A stretch of DNA of 64,000 nucleotides from an uncultured bacterium (GTDB taxonomy: Bacteria > Zixibacteria > MSB-5A5 > UBA10806). The position numbers and the translations under genes were made by a program. The stretch is taken from NCBI GenBank assembly GCA_965541585.1, contig CBEUCH010000003.1:181516-245515 (forward strand). The letters are read 5' to 3'. Below the pieces are notes generated by a model that saw only the letters and a program-made list of their open reading frames with translations, ran no database searches and was not told the origin of the DNA. Positions 48,595-58,959 of this stretch are shown piece by piece. How positions within the stretch are numbered: position 1 is the first letter of the stretch; the number at the start of each line of letters is the position of its first letter.

Positions 48595-49176
48595 ATGACA
48601 GATCTTTCGATAGCAGTTTTCGCCTCAGGCGGAGGGACAAACTTACAATCTTTGATAGATGCCTCAAAAGGAATGATCTTTAACGGACAGGTTGCCGCAG
48701 TAATCTCCAATAATTCAGGCGCTTATGCGCTGGAGAGGGCCAGAAAAAAGAACATCCCCGCATATCATATAAGCAGTAAGACTCATCCGGAAAGAACAGA
48801 ACTCGTCTCGAGGCTCTTTGAAGTGTTCGATGAAAGCAGCATTAACCTGGTGGTATTGGCGGGATACATGAAGCTTCTCCCGGTTGAGGTAGTGAGGAAA
48901 TATAGAAGTAGAATAATCAATATCCATCCCGCCCTGCTGCCCAAATACGGCGGCAAAGGGATGTATGGAACTAACGTCCACAAGGCAGTGCTCGAATCAG
49001 GAGATAAAATTTCCGGGGCCACGGTCCATTTAGTCGACGAAATCTACGACCACGGTGCGATTCTCATTCAGCGCACGGTTCCGGTCTCGCCGGACGGCAC
49101 ACCCGAATCGCTGGCAGCGCGGGTGCTGAAAGTGGAGCATAAGATCCTGCCTGAAGCTGCGGCCATGTTCCTATGA
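48595..49176 (+). CDS. purN: Phosphoribosylglycinamide formyltransferase
   Basis: ASGGGTNLQ, LAGYM, NIHPALLP, GATVH.V...YD.G. Confidence 0.95.
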   Translation: MTDLSIAVFASGGGTNLQSLIDASKGMIFNGQVAAVISNNSGAYALERARKKNIPAYHISSKTHPERTELVSRLFEVFDESSINLVVLAGYMKLLPVEVVRKYRSRIINIHPALLPKYGGKGMYGTNVHKAVLESGDKISGATVHLVDEIYDHGAILIQRTVPVSPDGTPESLAARVLKVEHKILPEAAAMFL

Positions 49177-50795
49177 AAATAACCGGAATATTCACAGCCG
49201 CTATCGTTGCCATGGCAACATCGGCATTCTTGTTTGAGATAAGAGCGGGAGCCGATGATCTCGCTGAATACGAAGGCAGGATTATCAAGAGCATCGGAAT
49301 TGTCAGAAAGAACGTCTTCGACGATCTCATGGACGGAAGTAAACGATTCTATTATCGATGGGCGAATAGTCTCCACATCACGACTAAAGAGAAGATTGTA
49401 AGAAACGAATTGCTCTTTGATATCGGTGAGCCCCTCGACATTGATAAGATAATAGAAAGCGAGCGGAACCTCAGGCTTCGTGGATTCATCGGAGAGGCAT
49501 TCGTGACAGCCGAACCGAACGGTCCTGATAGTGTCAGTCTGATCGTCACAACCATAGACTACTGGAGCACCAAAATCTCGTTATTCTCAGAGCTTGGCGG
49601 CGGCGATTACGTACTCGGCGCCGCAGCCTCGGAAGTGAATTTTCTCGGTTACGGACAGACGGTGGAGGTCTCGGCTCAGACCGGCAGTGAGAGCGATGGT
49701 TACTCGTTTTTTCTGGCTGAAAACAGGCTCGGTGGTTCAAGACTGGCAACCAGCCTGTTTTATGCCGACTATACACTTGGAGAAGGTTTCTCATTCTCGC
49801 TGGCCCGCCCGCAGTATTCGCTTGCCGTCAGCTCAGGGTTTAGAACGATATACCGGAAAAATAACGGCATAGGCCGACTTTACTATGAGGGCCGGGAATT
49901 TTTCAGATACAAGAGATCCTTTCATGAGTTTGATCTAAGAACAATTTATTCCTGGGGTCGTTACAGAAGAGCTGATCTTTATCTCGACTTCACCTATGAC
50001 TCTCGCGAATATTCTCCCGATGATATCAATTCACCTTTCAACACTCTGATCCCTGCCGATGAGACGAGGTCATATCCTTCAATTGGTGTCGGTCTGTCGT
50101 TTATCAGATATGACATGGAGCGTTTTCTCGATGAAGCGGGCACTCCTGAGGATTTGACACTGGGCGCATCGCTGCGGTTCTCCATAGGGAGATCGCTGTC
50201 GGCATTCGGCGCTGATTTTCAGGGGACGAAACCGGAAATCTCGTTGAGTGTCCTGACAAGACCGGCCGATCGAATTTTTCTGGGGGCAAGAGATATTGTC
50301 TGGTGGTGGCATCACAGTGGTTATAATACGGAGATCAGACATCGAACAGAGGCGATGCTCTATTATAAGACCGGCTCCTCTCAGGTCTTGGCGTTGAGAG
50401 GTTTGACTGATTTCGCCTGGCGCCAGAAACGAAATTATCAATTAATCCTGGGTGGTAGGAATGGATTGCGAGGATACTCAGCCTATGAGTTCTCGGGAAA
50501 CAGGATGGCTCTGGGCAATATAGAATATAGATTCTATTTCCCTCTTGAAATCCTGACCGTCAGGCTGGGGGGCACCGCATTCTTCGATGTCGGCCATGTC
50601 TGGTACAGGGGAGAACAAATCGATCCCGGGGACCTCAGATCCGATATTGGGATCGGACTCCGTTTCGGTCTGACGAGGTCGTCCACTTCGCGGGTCCTGA
50701 GGCTTGATCTGGCGAAGTCACTATCAGATAATGATCTTTTCGTGTCATTTGCAACCGGTATGCTATTCAGCTTGAAGACATTCGATGGGCATTAG
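49173..50795 (+). CDS. Omp85/BamA-TamA-like outer-membrane protein (POTRA + beta-barrel)
   Basis: Signal peptide; T...IVRNELLF..GE...ESERNLR POTRA, E.NFLG.GQ, GG..GLRGY, FFDVG, G.GLRF. Confidence 0.72.
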   Translation: MKITGIFTAAIVAMATSAFLFEIRAGADDLAEYEGRIIKSIGIVRKNVFDDLMDGSKRFYYRWANSLHITTKEKIVRNELLFDIGEPLDIDKIIESERNLRLRGFIGEAFVTAEPNGPDSVSLIVTTIDYWSTKISLFSELGGGDYVLGAAASEVNFLGYGQTVEVSAQTGSESDGYSFFLAENRLGGSRLATSLFYADYTLGEGFSFSLARPQYSLAVSSGFRTIYRKNNGIGRLYYEGREFFRYKRSFHEFDLRTIYSWGRYRRADLYLDFTYDSREYSPDDINSPFNTLIPADETRSYPSIGVGLSFIRYDMERFLDEAGTPEDLTLGASLRFSIGRSLSAFGADFQGTKPEISLSVLTRPADRIFLGARDIVWWWHHSGYNTEIRHRTEAMLYYKTGSSQVLALRGLTDFAWRQKRNYQLILGGRNGLRGYSAYEFSGNRMALGNIEYRFYFPLEILTVRLGGTAFFDVGHVWYRGEQIDPGDLRSDIGIGLRFGLTRSSTSRVLRLDLAKSLSDNDLFVSFATGMLFSLKTFDGH

Positions 50796-52248
50796 TAAAA
50801 AGCTATACTATTTTATAGCCGGTATTACGATATTCAGGCTATTATATGCAATTATTCTTCCTATAGCCCCGCAGGAAGCTTATTACTGGAACTACAGCAG
50901 ACATCCGGCTTTGTCATATTTCGACCACCCGCCTTTTGCCGCATATCTGATTAAGCTGACAACCTCATTGGGGGTGTCGAATTTCTCTGTCCACCTGGCC
51001 GCCATTATTCTCTCGGTTTTGATGAGTCTCGCAGTTTACCGCCTGGCATCATTGCTTTTCGACGAAAAAGTCGGCTTCTGGAGCGTTGTTGCGATCAATC
51101 TGACATTCATATACGCACTCGGTGGACTGGTTATTACACCCGATGGTCCTATGATTTTATTCTGGGTAATGAGTATGATTGCCTGCTATCAAATCGATCG
51201 CACCGGTGAGCGAATCTGGTGGATACTCTTAGGCATTTTTCTGGGAGCGGGCTTTATAAGCAAGTATACCATGATGTTTGCCGTCTTAGGCGCCTTTCTG
51301 TTTTTCATATCCTCAAAAGAGAGAATGAAGTGGTTTGCTACGATCTGGCCCTATGTCGCCGTGTTGTCTGCACTTGTTGTCGCCTTACCGGTTGTGTACT
51401 GGAACTATCAGAATGAGTGGGCGAGCTTCCTGTTTCAGACGCAAAGACGAGCGGGAGAGATAGCAGGGTTCAGACCGGATTTCTTCTTCGGATTCATAGG
51501 AACTGTAATTGCAATCTATAGCATCGTTCCGCTGCCTTTGCTATTTGCCGGGCTCTGGGATTCGATCAAACGCTACATTCGGCGGCGATCGTCCGAACAT
51601 GCTCTTCTGGCTTGCTTTTCAGTCCCTCTGATTGCTGTCCTGCTTTCCCTGGCTGCACGTTCCTGGGTTAAAATGAATTGGACCGCACCCGCTTTTATAG
51701 GATTATTCCTGGCGGGCGTGGCCTATTATTTCCGGCTTTCGAAAACTCGAAGGTGGGTACGGTTGTGGGGCAAGGCCAGCATAATAACCTTGATAGCGAC
51801 CTTCATCATAGTTCATGTTGTGATATTGCTGCCCGGATTTTATTTCGGTAAAGGCGACTATCTCAGCGGCTGGGAATCCCTGGCTGCCCGTGTCGGCGAA
51901 ATCAGAGCAGATATGCCGGGACCTTATTTCATATGCGGCTATGAGTACAAAACGGCCTCCCTGCTGGCATTTTATCTTGATGGGCATCCCGAGACCCTCT
52001 CGAATAACATAGTCGGTAAGGGCGGCTTACAGTATGATTATTGGTCTGATCCGGATACGCTTGTTGGCTACAATGCCATCCTTATATATGATGAGCGGGT
52101 CGAGTATAAAACTCCGGAGCGCCTTGCCGACCTTTTCGATTCTGTTTCCCCGGAGGAAATATTGACCGTAAAAAAGGGCGGGAAACTTCTGACAAAATTT
52201 CATATATTCAGATGTTATGGCTACTATGGATTGGGAGGGATTAACTGA
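50785..52248 (+). CDS. ArnT/PMT-like (GT83/GT39) membrane glycosyltransferase
   Basis: EAYYW..S..PALSYFDHPP, TPD.P, SKYT, P...WN. Confidence 0.85.
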   Translation: MGISKKLYYFIAGITIFRLLYAIILPIAPQEAYYWNYSRHPALSYFDHPPFAAYLIKLTTSLGVSNFSVHLAAIILSVLMSLAVYRLASLLFDEKVGFWSVVAINLTFIYALGGLVITPDGPMILFWVMSMIACYQIDRTGERIWWILLGIFLGAGFISKYTMMFAVLGAFLFFISSKERMKWFATIWPYVAVLSALVVALPVVYWNYQNEWASFLFQTQRRAGEIAGFRPDFFFGFIGTVIAIYSIVPLPLLFAGLWDSIKRYIRRRSSEHALLACFSVPLIAVLLSLAARSWVKMNWTAPAFIGLFLAGVAYYFRLSKTRRWVRLWGKASIITLIATFIIVHVVILLPGFYFGKGDYLSGWESLAARVGEIRADMPGPYFICGYEYKTASLLAFYLDGHPETLSNNIVGKGGLQYDYWSDPDTLVGYNAILIYDERVEYKTPERLADLFDSVSPEEILTVKKGGKLLTKFHIFRCYGYYGLGGIN

Positions 52249-53163
52249 ATGAACAACACAGTATTCGAAACGGATATTCGAGAATATCCCCTTGCCAGGC
52301 GCGGAAAGGTGAGGGATGTCTACGATCTTGGCGAGACGTTGTTATTTGTCGCCAGTGACAGGATTTCCGCCTATGACTGGATTTTGCCCAACGGCATTCC
52401 CGGCAAAGGCAAAATCCTAAACTCGATGTCTCTTTTCTGGTTTGGCAATACGAATCAATTATTTCCGAATCATCTCGTTACCGGCGAATTCAACTCGTTT
52501 CCGGAACCTCTGAAGAAATACAAATATCTCGATGGCCGGTCGATGATCGTCAAGAAAGCCGAAAGGATAGATATCGAATGTGTCGCCCGCGGATACCTGA
52601 TAGGCTCAGGATATAGGGATTACATGAAATCTCTGGAGGATTCGGATTCAAAGGAGAATGTTGATCTCTACGAAAACGAATTGCCCGGCGATCTAAAGAT
52701 TGCCGATAAACTTCCCGCTCCCATCTTCACGCCCGCCACAAAAGAGGAAGATGGACACGACCTGAATATCTCTTACTCGGATGTTGCTAAAATGGTAGGA
52801 GAGGAGCTGGCATCGAAACTCCGGGATGCCACCCTGGCGATATATACTAAGGCTTTCGAATATGCGTTACTCCGGGGAATAATAATAGCGGATACCAAAT
52901 TCGAATTTGGCTTTGTTGACGGGGAGTTGACCCTAATAGATGAAATCCTCTCGCCGGATTCGTCGCGATTCTGGCCGGTTGATTCTTATAAACCGGGTTC
53001 CAATCCGTCATCGTTCGATAAGCAGTTTATCCGTGATTGGCTGGATACCACCGGTTGGGATAAGAATTCGACTCCGCCTGCAATGCCCGATCATATTATT
53101 GAAAAGACATCAGAAAAATACAGGCAGGCGCACAAGATGATAATCGGCCGCGATGCGGATTGA
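52249..53163 (+). CDS. purC: SAICAR synthase
   Basis: RGKVRDVY, DRISAYD, FTPATK, ADTKFEFG, PDSSRFW, DKQ..RDWL. Confidence 0.96.
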   Translation: MNNTVFETDIREYPLARRGKVRDVYDLGETLLFVASDRISAYDWILPNGIPGKGKILNSMSLFWFGNTNQLFPNHLVTGEFNSFPEPLKKYKYLDGRSMIVKKAERIDIECVARGYLIGSGYRDYMKSLEDSDSKENVDLYENELPGDLKIADKLPAPIFTPATKEEDGHDLNISYSDVAKMVGEELASKLRDATLAIYTKAFEYALLRGIIIADTKFEFGFVDGELTLIDEILSPDSSRFWPVDSYKPGSNPSSFDKQFIRDWLDTTGWDKNSTPPAMPDHIIEKTSEKYRQAHKMIIGRDAD

Positions 53164-53174
53164 GGAGTGACGGT

Positions 53175-54719
53175 ATGAGAATAAAGCGAGCGCTGCTGAC
53201 AGTCTTCGATAAGACGAATATCATAGAACTGGCGCGCAGGCTGAGGGAATTCGAGGTCGAGCTGGTAACCACCGGCGGTACCATGAAAGCGCTCCGCAAA
53301 GAGGGCATCGAGGTCAAATCGGTTTCGGATATGACAGGGTTTCCGGAGATACTCGACGGTCGTGTTAAGACGCTGCATCCCAAAATCCATGGGGGTATTC
53401 TCGCTCTCAGGGATAAAGGAGGGCATATATCGCAGCTTAGCGAGCACGGCATATTTCTTTTCGACCTGGTTGTCGTGAACCTATATCCATTCGACAAGGT
53501 AATCGCCAAAGGCGACATATCCGAAGAGGAAGCGCTTGAGAATATCGATATAGGCGGGCCTGCTATGATAAGGTCGGCGGCGAAGAATTATCAGTCTGTC
53601 TGTGTCATGACCTCGCCGTCAGATTACGATCTTCTCATAGAAGAACTCGAGAGAGGAAGCGGGCTCACGAGCCTCGAATTCCGCAAGAAAATGGCAGGAA
53701 TTGCCTTTTCCAGAACGGCTGCCTACGATACTATCATCACAAACTATTTCGGAAGGGATGATCAAGATTTTCCTGAATTATTAAACCTCACTTATGGCTT
53801 GAAGTCGTCTTTACGTTATGGGGAAAATCCCCATCAGGAAGCTGCCCTGTATTCTAAGCACGGTTTTCCATTCTCATCGGTCGCATCGGGGGAGCTGCTT
53901 TCGGGCAAAGAACTATCTTTCAATAACATCTGGGATCTGGAGGCGGCCTTGCAGATGGCGCTGGATTTCGATGAGCCTTTTGCGGCGGTGATCAAACATA
54001 CCAATCCCTGCGGAGCGGCCGTGGGTGATAGTCTCGCCGAGGCATATAAAAAAGCCCTGGCCTCCGATCCGCTATCGGCATTCGGCTCGGTGATAGCCCT
54101 TAACCGTAAGGTGGACACGGATACGGCGGAGCTTCTGAACGAAACACCCTTCATTGAATGTATCCTCGCTCCCGGTCTCGAAAAGAAATCCCTCGAGCTT
54201 TTACAGAAGAAAAAAAACCGGCGGCTCCTCGATATCGGCGAGCTGAAAAGGTCTCCCGAAAATGAGTTCGAACTGAGACCGATAAGCGGCGGTATCCTCG
54301 CACAGTCTCCGGATCGGAGGGAGCTAAGCGAAGACGATCTTCGAATCGTAACCCGGAACCAGCCGACAAAGGAAGAAATCACCGAGTTGCTCTTCGCCTT
54401 TAAGATAGTAAAGCATATAAAGTCGAATGCCATTGTAATCTGCAAAAACGGTGCCACAGTTGGCATCGGCTCGGGGCAGACGTCGAGAGTGGATTCATCC
54501 ATGATCGCTGTTCGCAAGGCCGGAGATCGGGCCAGGGGTGCCGTGGCTGCCTCCGATGCCTTTTTCCCTATGCCGGATGGCCTTGAGGTACTGGCCAGAG
54601 CAGGAGTTAAGGCAATAATCCAACCAGGCGGCTCGAAAAAAGATCCGGATGTGATAGAGGCCGCCGACAGGCTGGACGTGGCCATGGTCCTTACCGGTAT
54701 AAGACATTTTAAGCATTAA
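53175..54719 (+). CDS. purH: Bifunctional AICAR formyltransferase/IMP cyclohydrolase
   Basis: GRVKTLHP, IDIGGP, RYGENPHQ, KHTNPCG, SDAFFP, IQPGGS, RHFKH. Confidence 0.97.
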   Translation: MRIKRALLTVFDKTNIIELARRLREFEVELVTTGGTMKALRKEGIEVKSVSDMTGFPEILDGRVKTLHPKIHGGILALRDKGGHISQLSEHGIFLFDLVVVNLYPFDKVIAKGDISEEEALENIDIGGPAMIRSAAKNYQSVCVMTSPSDYDLLIEELERGSGLTSLEFRKKMAGIAFSRTAAYDTIITNYFGRDDQDFPELLNLTYGLKSSLRYGENPHQEAALYSKHGFPFSSVASGELLSGKELSFNNIWDLEAALQMALDFDEPFAAVIKHTNPCGAAVGDSLAEAYKKALASDPLSAFGSVIALNRKVDTDTAELLNETPFIECILAPGLEKKSLELLQKKKNRRLLDIGELKRSPENEFELRPISGGILAQSPDRRELSEDDLRIVTRNQPTKEEITELLFAFKIVKHIKSNAIVICKNGATVGIGSGQTSRVDSSMIAVRKAGDRARGAVAASDAFFPMPDGLEVLARAGVKAIIQPGGSKKDPDVIEAADRLDVAMVLTGIRHFKH

Positions 54720-54722
54720 AAG

Positions 54723-54745
54723 TTTTCCACATACGTTGTGGAAAA
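54723..54745. promoter_or_regulatory. Inverted repeat of two TTTTCCACA 9-mers (DnaA-box-like, or a terminator hairpin)
   Basis: TTTTCCACA-tacgt-TGTGGAAAA; each arm fits TTWTNCACA. Confidence 0.35.
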
Positions 54746-54824
54746 ATATCTCTTGTCTTCTTGTAGTTATTATTTGTTTATTATGACAGGAGGGTTTCTG
54801 CGAGAGAATAATCCAGATTGAATC

Positions 54825-56042
54825 ATGACCTTGATGAAAGATAAAAAGATTCTCCTGGGTGTCAGCGGCGGTGTTGGCGCTTTCAAAGCCTGCGAGCTTT
54901 TGAGGCTATTCGTTAAGGCCGATGCTAAGGTTCGGGTGATTATGACGAAGGCGGCCTCGGAGTTTATTACACCTTTATCGTTTCAATCTCTGGGCGCCGA
55001 ATCCGTATCGGTGGATATGTTTCATGAAAAAAGGGACGTTCTCGAACACGTATGCTGGGCCGATTGGGGAGAAATCCTGGTCATAGCTCCGGCGACCGCC
55101 AACATAATAGGCAAACTGGCCAACGGTATCGCCGATGAGATCTTATCCACGCAGGCCTTAACTTATGACGGGCCGGTATTGATCGCCCCCGCCATGAATG
55201 TAAAAATGTACAACAACAAGGCCGTCAGGAAGAATATATCATACTTGAGATCTCTCGGAGTCCGTTTCATCGGGCCCGAGGTGGGACAACTGGCATCGCT
55301 GATAACCGCCGCCGGACGTATGGTCGAGCCCGAGGTTATCTTCGCCAGGGCGAGGCAGATACTTCTGGGAAGAAGAGAGCTCTCGGGCAAGAAGGTCGTG
55401 GTCACAGCCGGACCGACTCAAGAGCCATTAGATCCTGTAAGGTACCTATCGAATTATTCGTCGGGGAAGATGGGATATGCTCTGGCCGATGCTGCGGCAG
55501 GTTTCGGCGGGGAAGTAATCTTGATTTCCGGGCCGACGGCCCTGTCCGGCCTGCCCGATGTCAAGCATATTTCGGTTCAGACCGCGTCCGAAATGCAGAC
55601 GGCTTTATTTAAGTATTGTCGCGGGGCGGATTATCTCTATATGGCTGCAGCGGTCGCCGATTATAAGCCGTCAGGTTATCGCAAACAGAAAATCAGGCGC
55701 TCGAATCGTTCTATGGAATTCGATCTAAAACCTGTTCCCGATCTTCTGAAATCGCTCGGCAGAAACCGCCCGAAAGTCGTGGTGGGATTCGCGCTTGAAA
55801 CGGAGAATATGGAGGCCCGGGCTCTGGAGAAAATGCGATCTAAAAAGATCGATATGATAGTGGCTAACAACCCGACTGAGAAGGGCATCGAATTCGGCTC
55901 GGATTTCAACAGGGTGGTTATCTTCTCACGCGGCGGGAAACGGCTTCAGCTTGAGCGGATGCCAAAATTCGAAGTGGCCGTAAATATCATTGAGGAATCG
56001 CTAAAACTAAAGAGGGGAAGTGGCGCTAAAAGGAAAAAATAA
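54825..56042 (+). CDS. coaBC: Bifunctional phosphopantothenoylcysteine decarboxylase/synthetase
   Basis: APATAN, PAMN, TAGPT.E.LDPVR..SN.SSGKMG, AAVADY, GFALET. Confidence 0.95.
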   Translation: MTLMKDKKILLGVSGGVGAFKACELLRLFVKADAKVRVIMTKAASEFITPLSFQSLGAESVSVDMFHEKRDVLEHVCWADWGEILVIAPATANIIGKLANGIADEILSTQALTYDGPVLIAPAMNVKMYNNKAVRKNISYLRSLGVRFIGPEVGQLASLITAAGRMVEPEVIFARARQILLGRRELSGKKVVVTAGPTQEPLDPVRYLSNYSSGKMGYALADAAAGFGGEVILISGPTALSGLPDVKHISVQTASEMQTALFKYCRGADYLYMAAAVADYKPSGYRKQKIRRSNRSMEFDLKPVPDLLKSLGRNRPKVVVGFALETENMEARALEKMRSKKIDMIVANNPTEKGIEFGSDFNRVVIFSRGGKRLQLERMPKFEVAVNIIEESLKLKRGSGAKRKK

Positions 56043-56715
56043 GCTCAGGCAGTATCTTCTGCAACAAAAAGAGCTTGGCTATGAGGAGATCTATCTGCCT
56101 GTCTCGACGAGGCCCCGCCCTCCGGCGCCGGTGAAGCGGCTCGGCATAGACAGGTTCAAGGAGTCCGAGACGCTGGAGCAATTAGAGATGACGATTAACA
56201 GCTGCCAGAAATGCCCTCTCGGAAAGAGCCGTACCAGGTTTGTGTTTGGTGTTGGGAATCCTCATGCTAAAATCATATTTATAGGCGAGGCGCCCGGCAG
56301 GGATGAGGATATCAAGGGGGAACCGTTTGTCGGCCGGGCCGGAAAGCTCTTAAACAAGATGCTGCCTGAAGTAGGACTGAGACGGGAAGATGTCTATATC
56401 GCCAATATCTTGAAATGCCGGCCGCCCAATAATCGCGATCCTCAAACCGAAGAGATCGACGAATGCGAACCCCACCTGCTTATGCAAATCAAGCTTATAA
56501 AACCGAAAGTTATCTGCTGTCTGGGAAGAATCGCTGCCCAGACGCTTTTGAAGACCACCATGACACTGGGCGCCATGCGGGAGCGGTGGTTTGATTATCA
56601 TGGCATCAAATTTATGGTTACCTATCATCCTGCGGCTCTTCTCAGAACGAACGCCTATACCAAGGCGGCTATGGATGATCTACGCCGGCTGGTTGATGAG
56701 GTAATGACCGATTAA
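56020..56715 (+). CDS. Uracil-DNA glycosylase family 4 (Fe-S)
   Basis: CQKCPL, GEAPG..ED..GEPFVG, KCRPP.NR, HPA. Confidence 0.92.
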   Translation: MALKGKNKLRQYLLQQKELGYEEIYLPVSTRPRPPAPVKRLGIDRFKESETLEQLEMTINSCQKCPLGKSRTRFVFGVGNPHAKIIFIGEAPGRDEDIKGEPFVGRAGKLLNKMLPEVGLRREDVYIANILKCRPPNNRDPQTEEIDECEPHLLMQIKLIKPKVICCLGRIAAQTLLKTTMTLGAMRERWFDYHGIKFMVTYHPAALLRTNAYTKAAMDDLRRLVDEVMTD

Positions 56716-56732
56716 GCTCGGGAGGGAGCCCG

Positions 56733-58091
56733 ATGGCAAGTACTAAAGAAAAAATACCCCCGCAAGCGGTAGAAGCCGAGCAAACAGTGCTGGGAGCTAT
56801 CCTTCAGCACCAGGAAGCCCTCCATACAGGTATTGAAATGCTCAAAGAGGAAAGCTTCTATCTGCCAAAGCACAAACGGATTTTTTTCGCCATAAAGAAG
56901 TTATATGAATCATCCATGGCTGTAGATCTTATCACCGTTCCGGATGAGCTTGCCAATCAGGGCCAGCTGGAGGAAGTCGGAGGGCGAAGGTACCTGCTGG
57001 ATCTGGTAGATTCGGTTGTAAGCATTGCAAATCTCGAGCATCATATACGGATAGTCCGGGAGGCGGCGGTAAAGAATCAGCTAATAAGCGATTGCAGCGA
57101 TATAATCAGCCGGAGTTACGACGCCGGCAGCACTGCCGATGAACTTCTTGATTATTCTGAAAGAAAGATATTTTCCATCAAAGAAGAATCTCTGCAGGGT
57201 GATTTCGTATCCCTCAAGGAAATCCTGCCTCAGACGTTTGAACAGATAGAGGATTATTCGAAACGAGAGGGACATGTGACCGGCGTGCCGACAGGATTCC
57301 CGGAGCTTGATACTTTAACATCAGGTTTTCAGAAATCAGAACTCATAATCATCGCCGGAAGACCATCCATGGGCAAGACGGCCTTCGCGCTGAATGTCGC
57401 CGAGAATGTGGCCGTAAACAAGAGTCTGCCGGTATGCATCTTCTCCCTTGAAATGGCCAAGGAACAGCTAAGTCAAAGGCTCTTATGCAGCCGCGCCCGG
57501 ATTTCATCGCATCAGTTGCGTACCGGGCGAATCGCCGATCATCAATGGACCAATCTCTCGATTGCCGTCGGACCCCTGTCGGAAGCCCCGATCTACCTGG
57601 ATGATTCGGCTTCCCTGACCGTCATGGAGATCAGGGCTAAGGCCAGAAGGCTGAAGCTCAAATCCGATATCGGCCTTGTGATTGTTGACTACCTGCAGCT
57701 TATAAGGGGTCACCGTGAAGCGGAGAGCAGGCAGCAGGAGATTACTTACGTTTCCCAGTCGCTGAAAGCTCTGGCCAGAGAACTGAAGATACCAGTGATC
57801 GCGCTTTCGCAGTTGTCGCGTCAGGTTGAGATGCGGGGTAGCGGCGCTCGCCCCCAGCTTTCCGATCTGCGCGAATCCGGAGCCCTTGAACAGGATGCCG
57901 ACCTGGTTATTTTCATTCATAGGCCCCGCGATGAGGATGGCCAACCTGGAAGTATCGCCGAGCTCATAGTAGGCAAGCAGAGAAACGGCCCGACCGGTAT
58001 CATAAAGCTCGCTTTCGTTAAGGATTTCGCCCGCTTCGAGCTTCTGGATACTCATCACGGCTCGCCGTATCAAGCTGAGCCGGCAGGATGA
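56733..58091 (+). CDS. dnaB: Replicative DNA helicase
   Basis: PPQ..EAEQ, GRPSMGKT, FSLEM, DYLQL, LSQLSR, DLRESGALEQDAD, KQRNGP; no intein. Confidence 0.97.
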   Translation: MASTKEKIPPQAVEAEQTVLGAILQHQEALHTGIEMLKEESFYLPKHKRIFFAIKKLYESSMAVDLITVPDELANQGQLEEVGGRRYLLDLVDSVVSIANLEHHIRIVREAAVKNQLISDCSDIISRSYDAGSTADELLDYSERKIFSIKEESLQGDFVSLKEILPQTFEQIEDYSKREGHVTGVPTGFPELDTLTSGFQKSELIIIAGRPSMGKTAFALNVAENVAVNKSLPVCIFSLEMAKEQLSQRLLCSRARISSHQLRTGRIADHQWTNLSIAVGPLSEAPIYLDDSASLTVMEIRAKARRLKLKSDIGLVIVDYLQLIRGHREAESRQQEITYVSQSLKALARELKIPVIALSQLSRQVEMRGSGARPQLSDLRESGALEQDADLVIFIHRPRDEDGQPGSIAELIVGKQRNGPTGIIKLAFVKDFARFELLDTHHGSPYQAEPAG

Positions 58092-58138
58092 TCCTTGCCT
58101 GAAACTTCATACTGCCTTATATTCGCCGATCATAGAGG

Positions 58139-58933
58139 ATGTATAATGGTCGAGGGGGATTTGTGACGATCGTTTCGAGTCTTGGCAGAAGGGGCATAAG
58201 CTTCGTAAAGCAGGTCGGGGAATTATCTTTACTCGTCTGGCGCCTTATAAAAGCCCTGCCATTAATGGTGAAGAATCCCCACCTGACGTCCGAACAGATG
58301 CTCTTTATGGGTGTCAATTCCCTGCCATTGGTAATTTTTACATCGGTGTTCACGGGCGCTGTCTCCGCAGTGCAGGCGGCCTATCAGTTTCAAAATTTCA
58401 TACCGATGCGATACCTCGGCACGGCCGTGGGCAAAGCTGTGATAATCGAGTTGGGGCCGGTATTGACGGCGCTGGTCGTGGCAGGCCGGGTCGGCGCCTC
58501 CATCGCTGCTGAATTGGGAACCATGCGGGTCACGGAGCAGATCGACGCTCTGGAAACGATGGCCTTAGACCCGGTAAGGTACCTGGTGGTGCCGAGATTC
58601 CTGGCGGGGATTATCATGTTGCCCATTCTGACTATTATCGCAGACCTGGTGGCCATTCTTGGAGGACTTGCGGTGGCCGTCTGGTTTCTAGATCTGACAT
58701 CCTATACTTTCTTGAACGGCGTCAGGCTGTTTTTTGATCTGCAGGATCTTTTCGCCGGTCTGGTAAAATCAATAGTGTTCGGTGGTATCATAGCTACAAT
58801 AGGATGCTTTCAGGGTTTCAGAACCCTCGGCGGCGCTGAGGGTGTCGGCTTCTCAACCACCAGAGCTGTCGTGGTATCATCGATTTTGATTCTTCTATCC
58901 GATTACCTGATCGCCTCCATCATTTTTGGGTAA
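58139..58933 (+). CDS. mlaE: MlaE family ABC transporter permease
   Basis: ELGPVLTAL..AGRVG..IAAELGTM.VTEQIDAL, GVG..TT.AVV; start uncertain. Confidence 0.9.
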   Translation: MYNGRGGFVTIVSSLGRRGISFVKQVGELSLLVWRLIKALPLMVKNPHLTSEQMLFMGVNSLPLVIFTSVFTGAVSAVQAAYQFQNFIPMRYLGTAVGKAVIIELGPVLTALVVAGRVGASIAAELGTMRVTEQIDALETMALDPVRYLVVPRFLAGIIMLPILTIIADLVAILGGLAVAVWFLDLTSYTFLNGVRLFFDLQDLFAGLVKSIVFGGIIATIGCFQGFRTLGGAEGVGFSTTRAVVVSSILILLSDYLIASIIFG

Positions 58934-58959
58934 AGGATCGGGAATACGGAAACAGTGTT

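Noticed and set aside
53834..54685. 283-aa ORF antisense to purH, and similar antisense ORFs over hslU, argF, clpC and dnaB
   Set aside because: Shadow ORFs arising from codon bias of conserved sense genes
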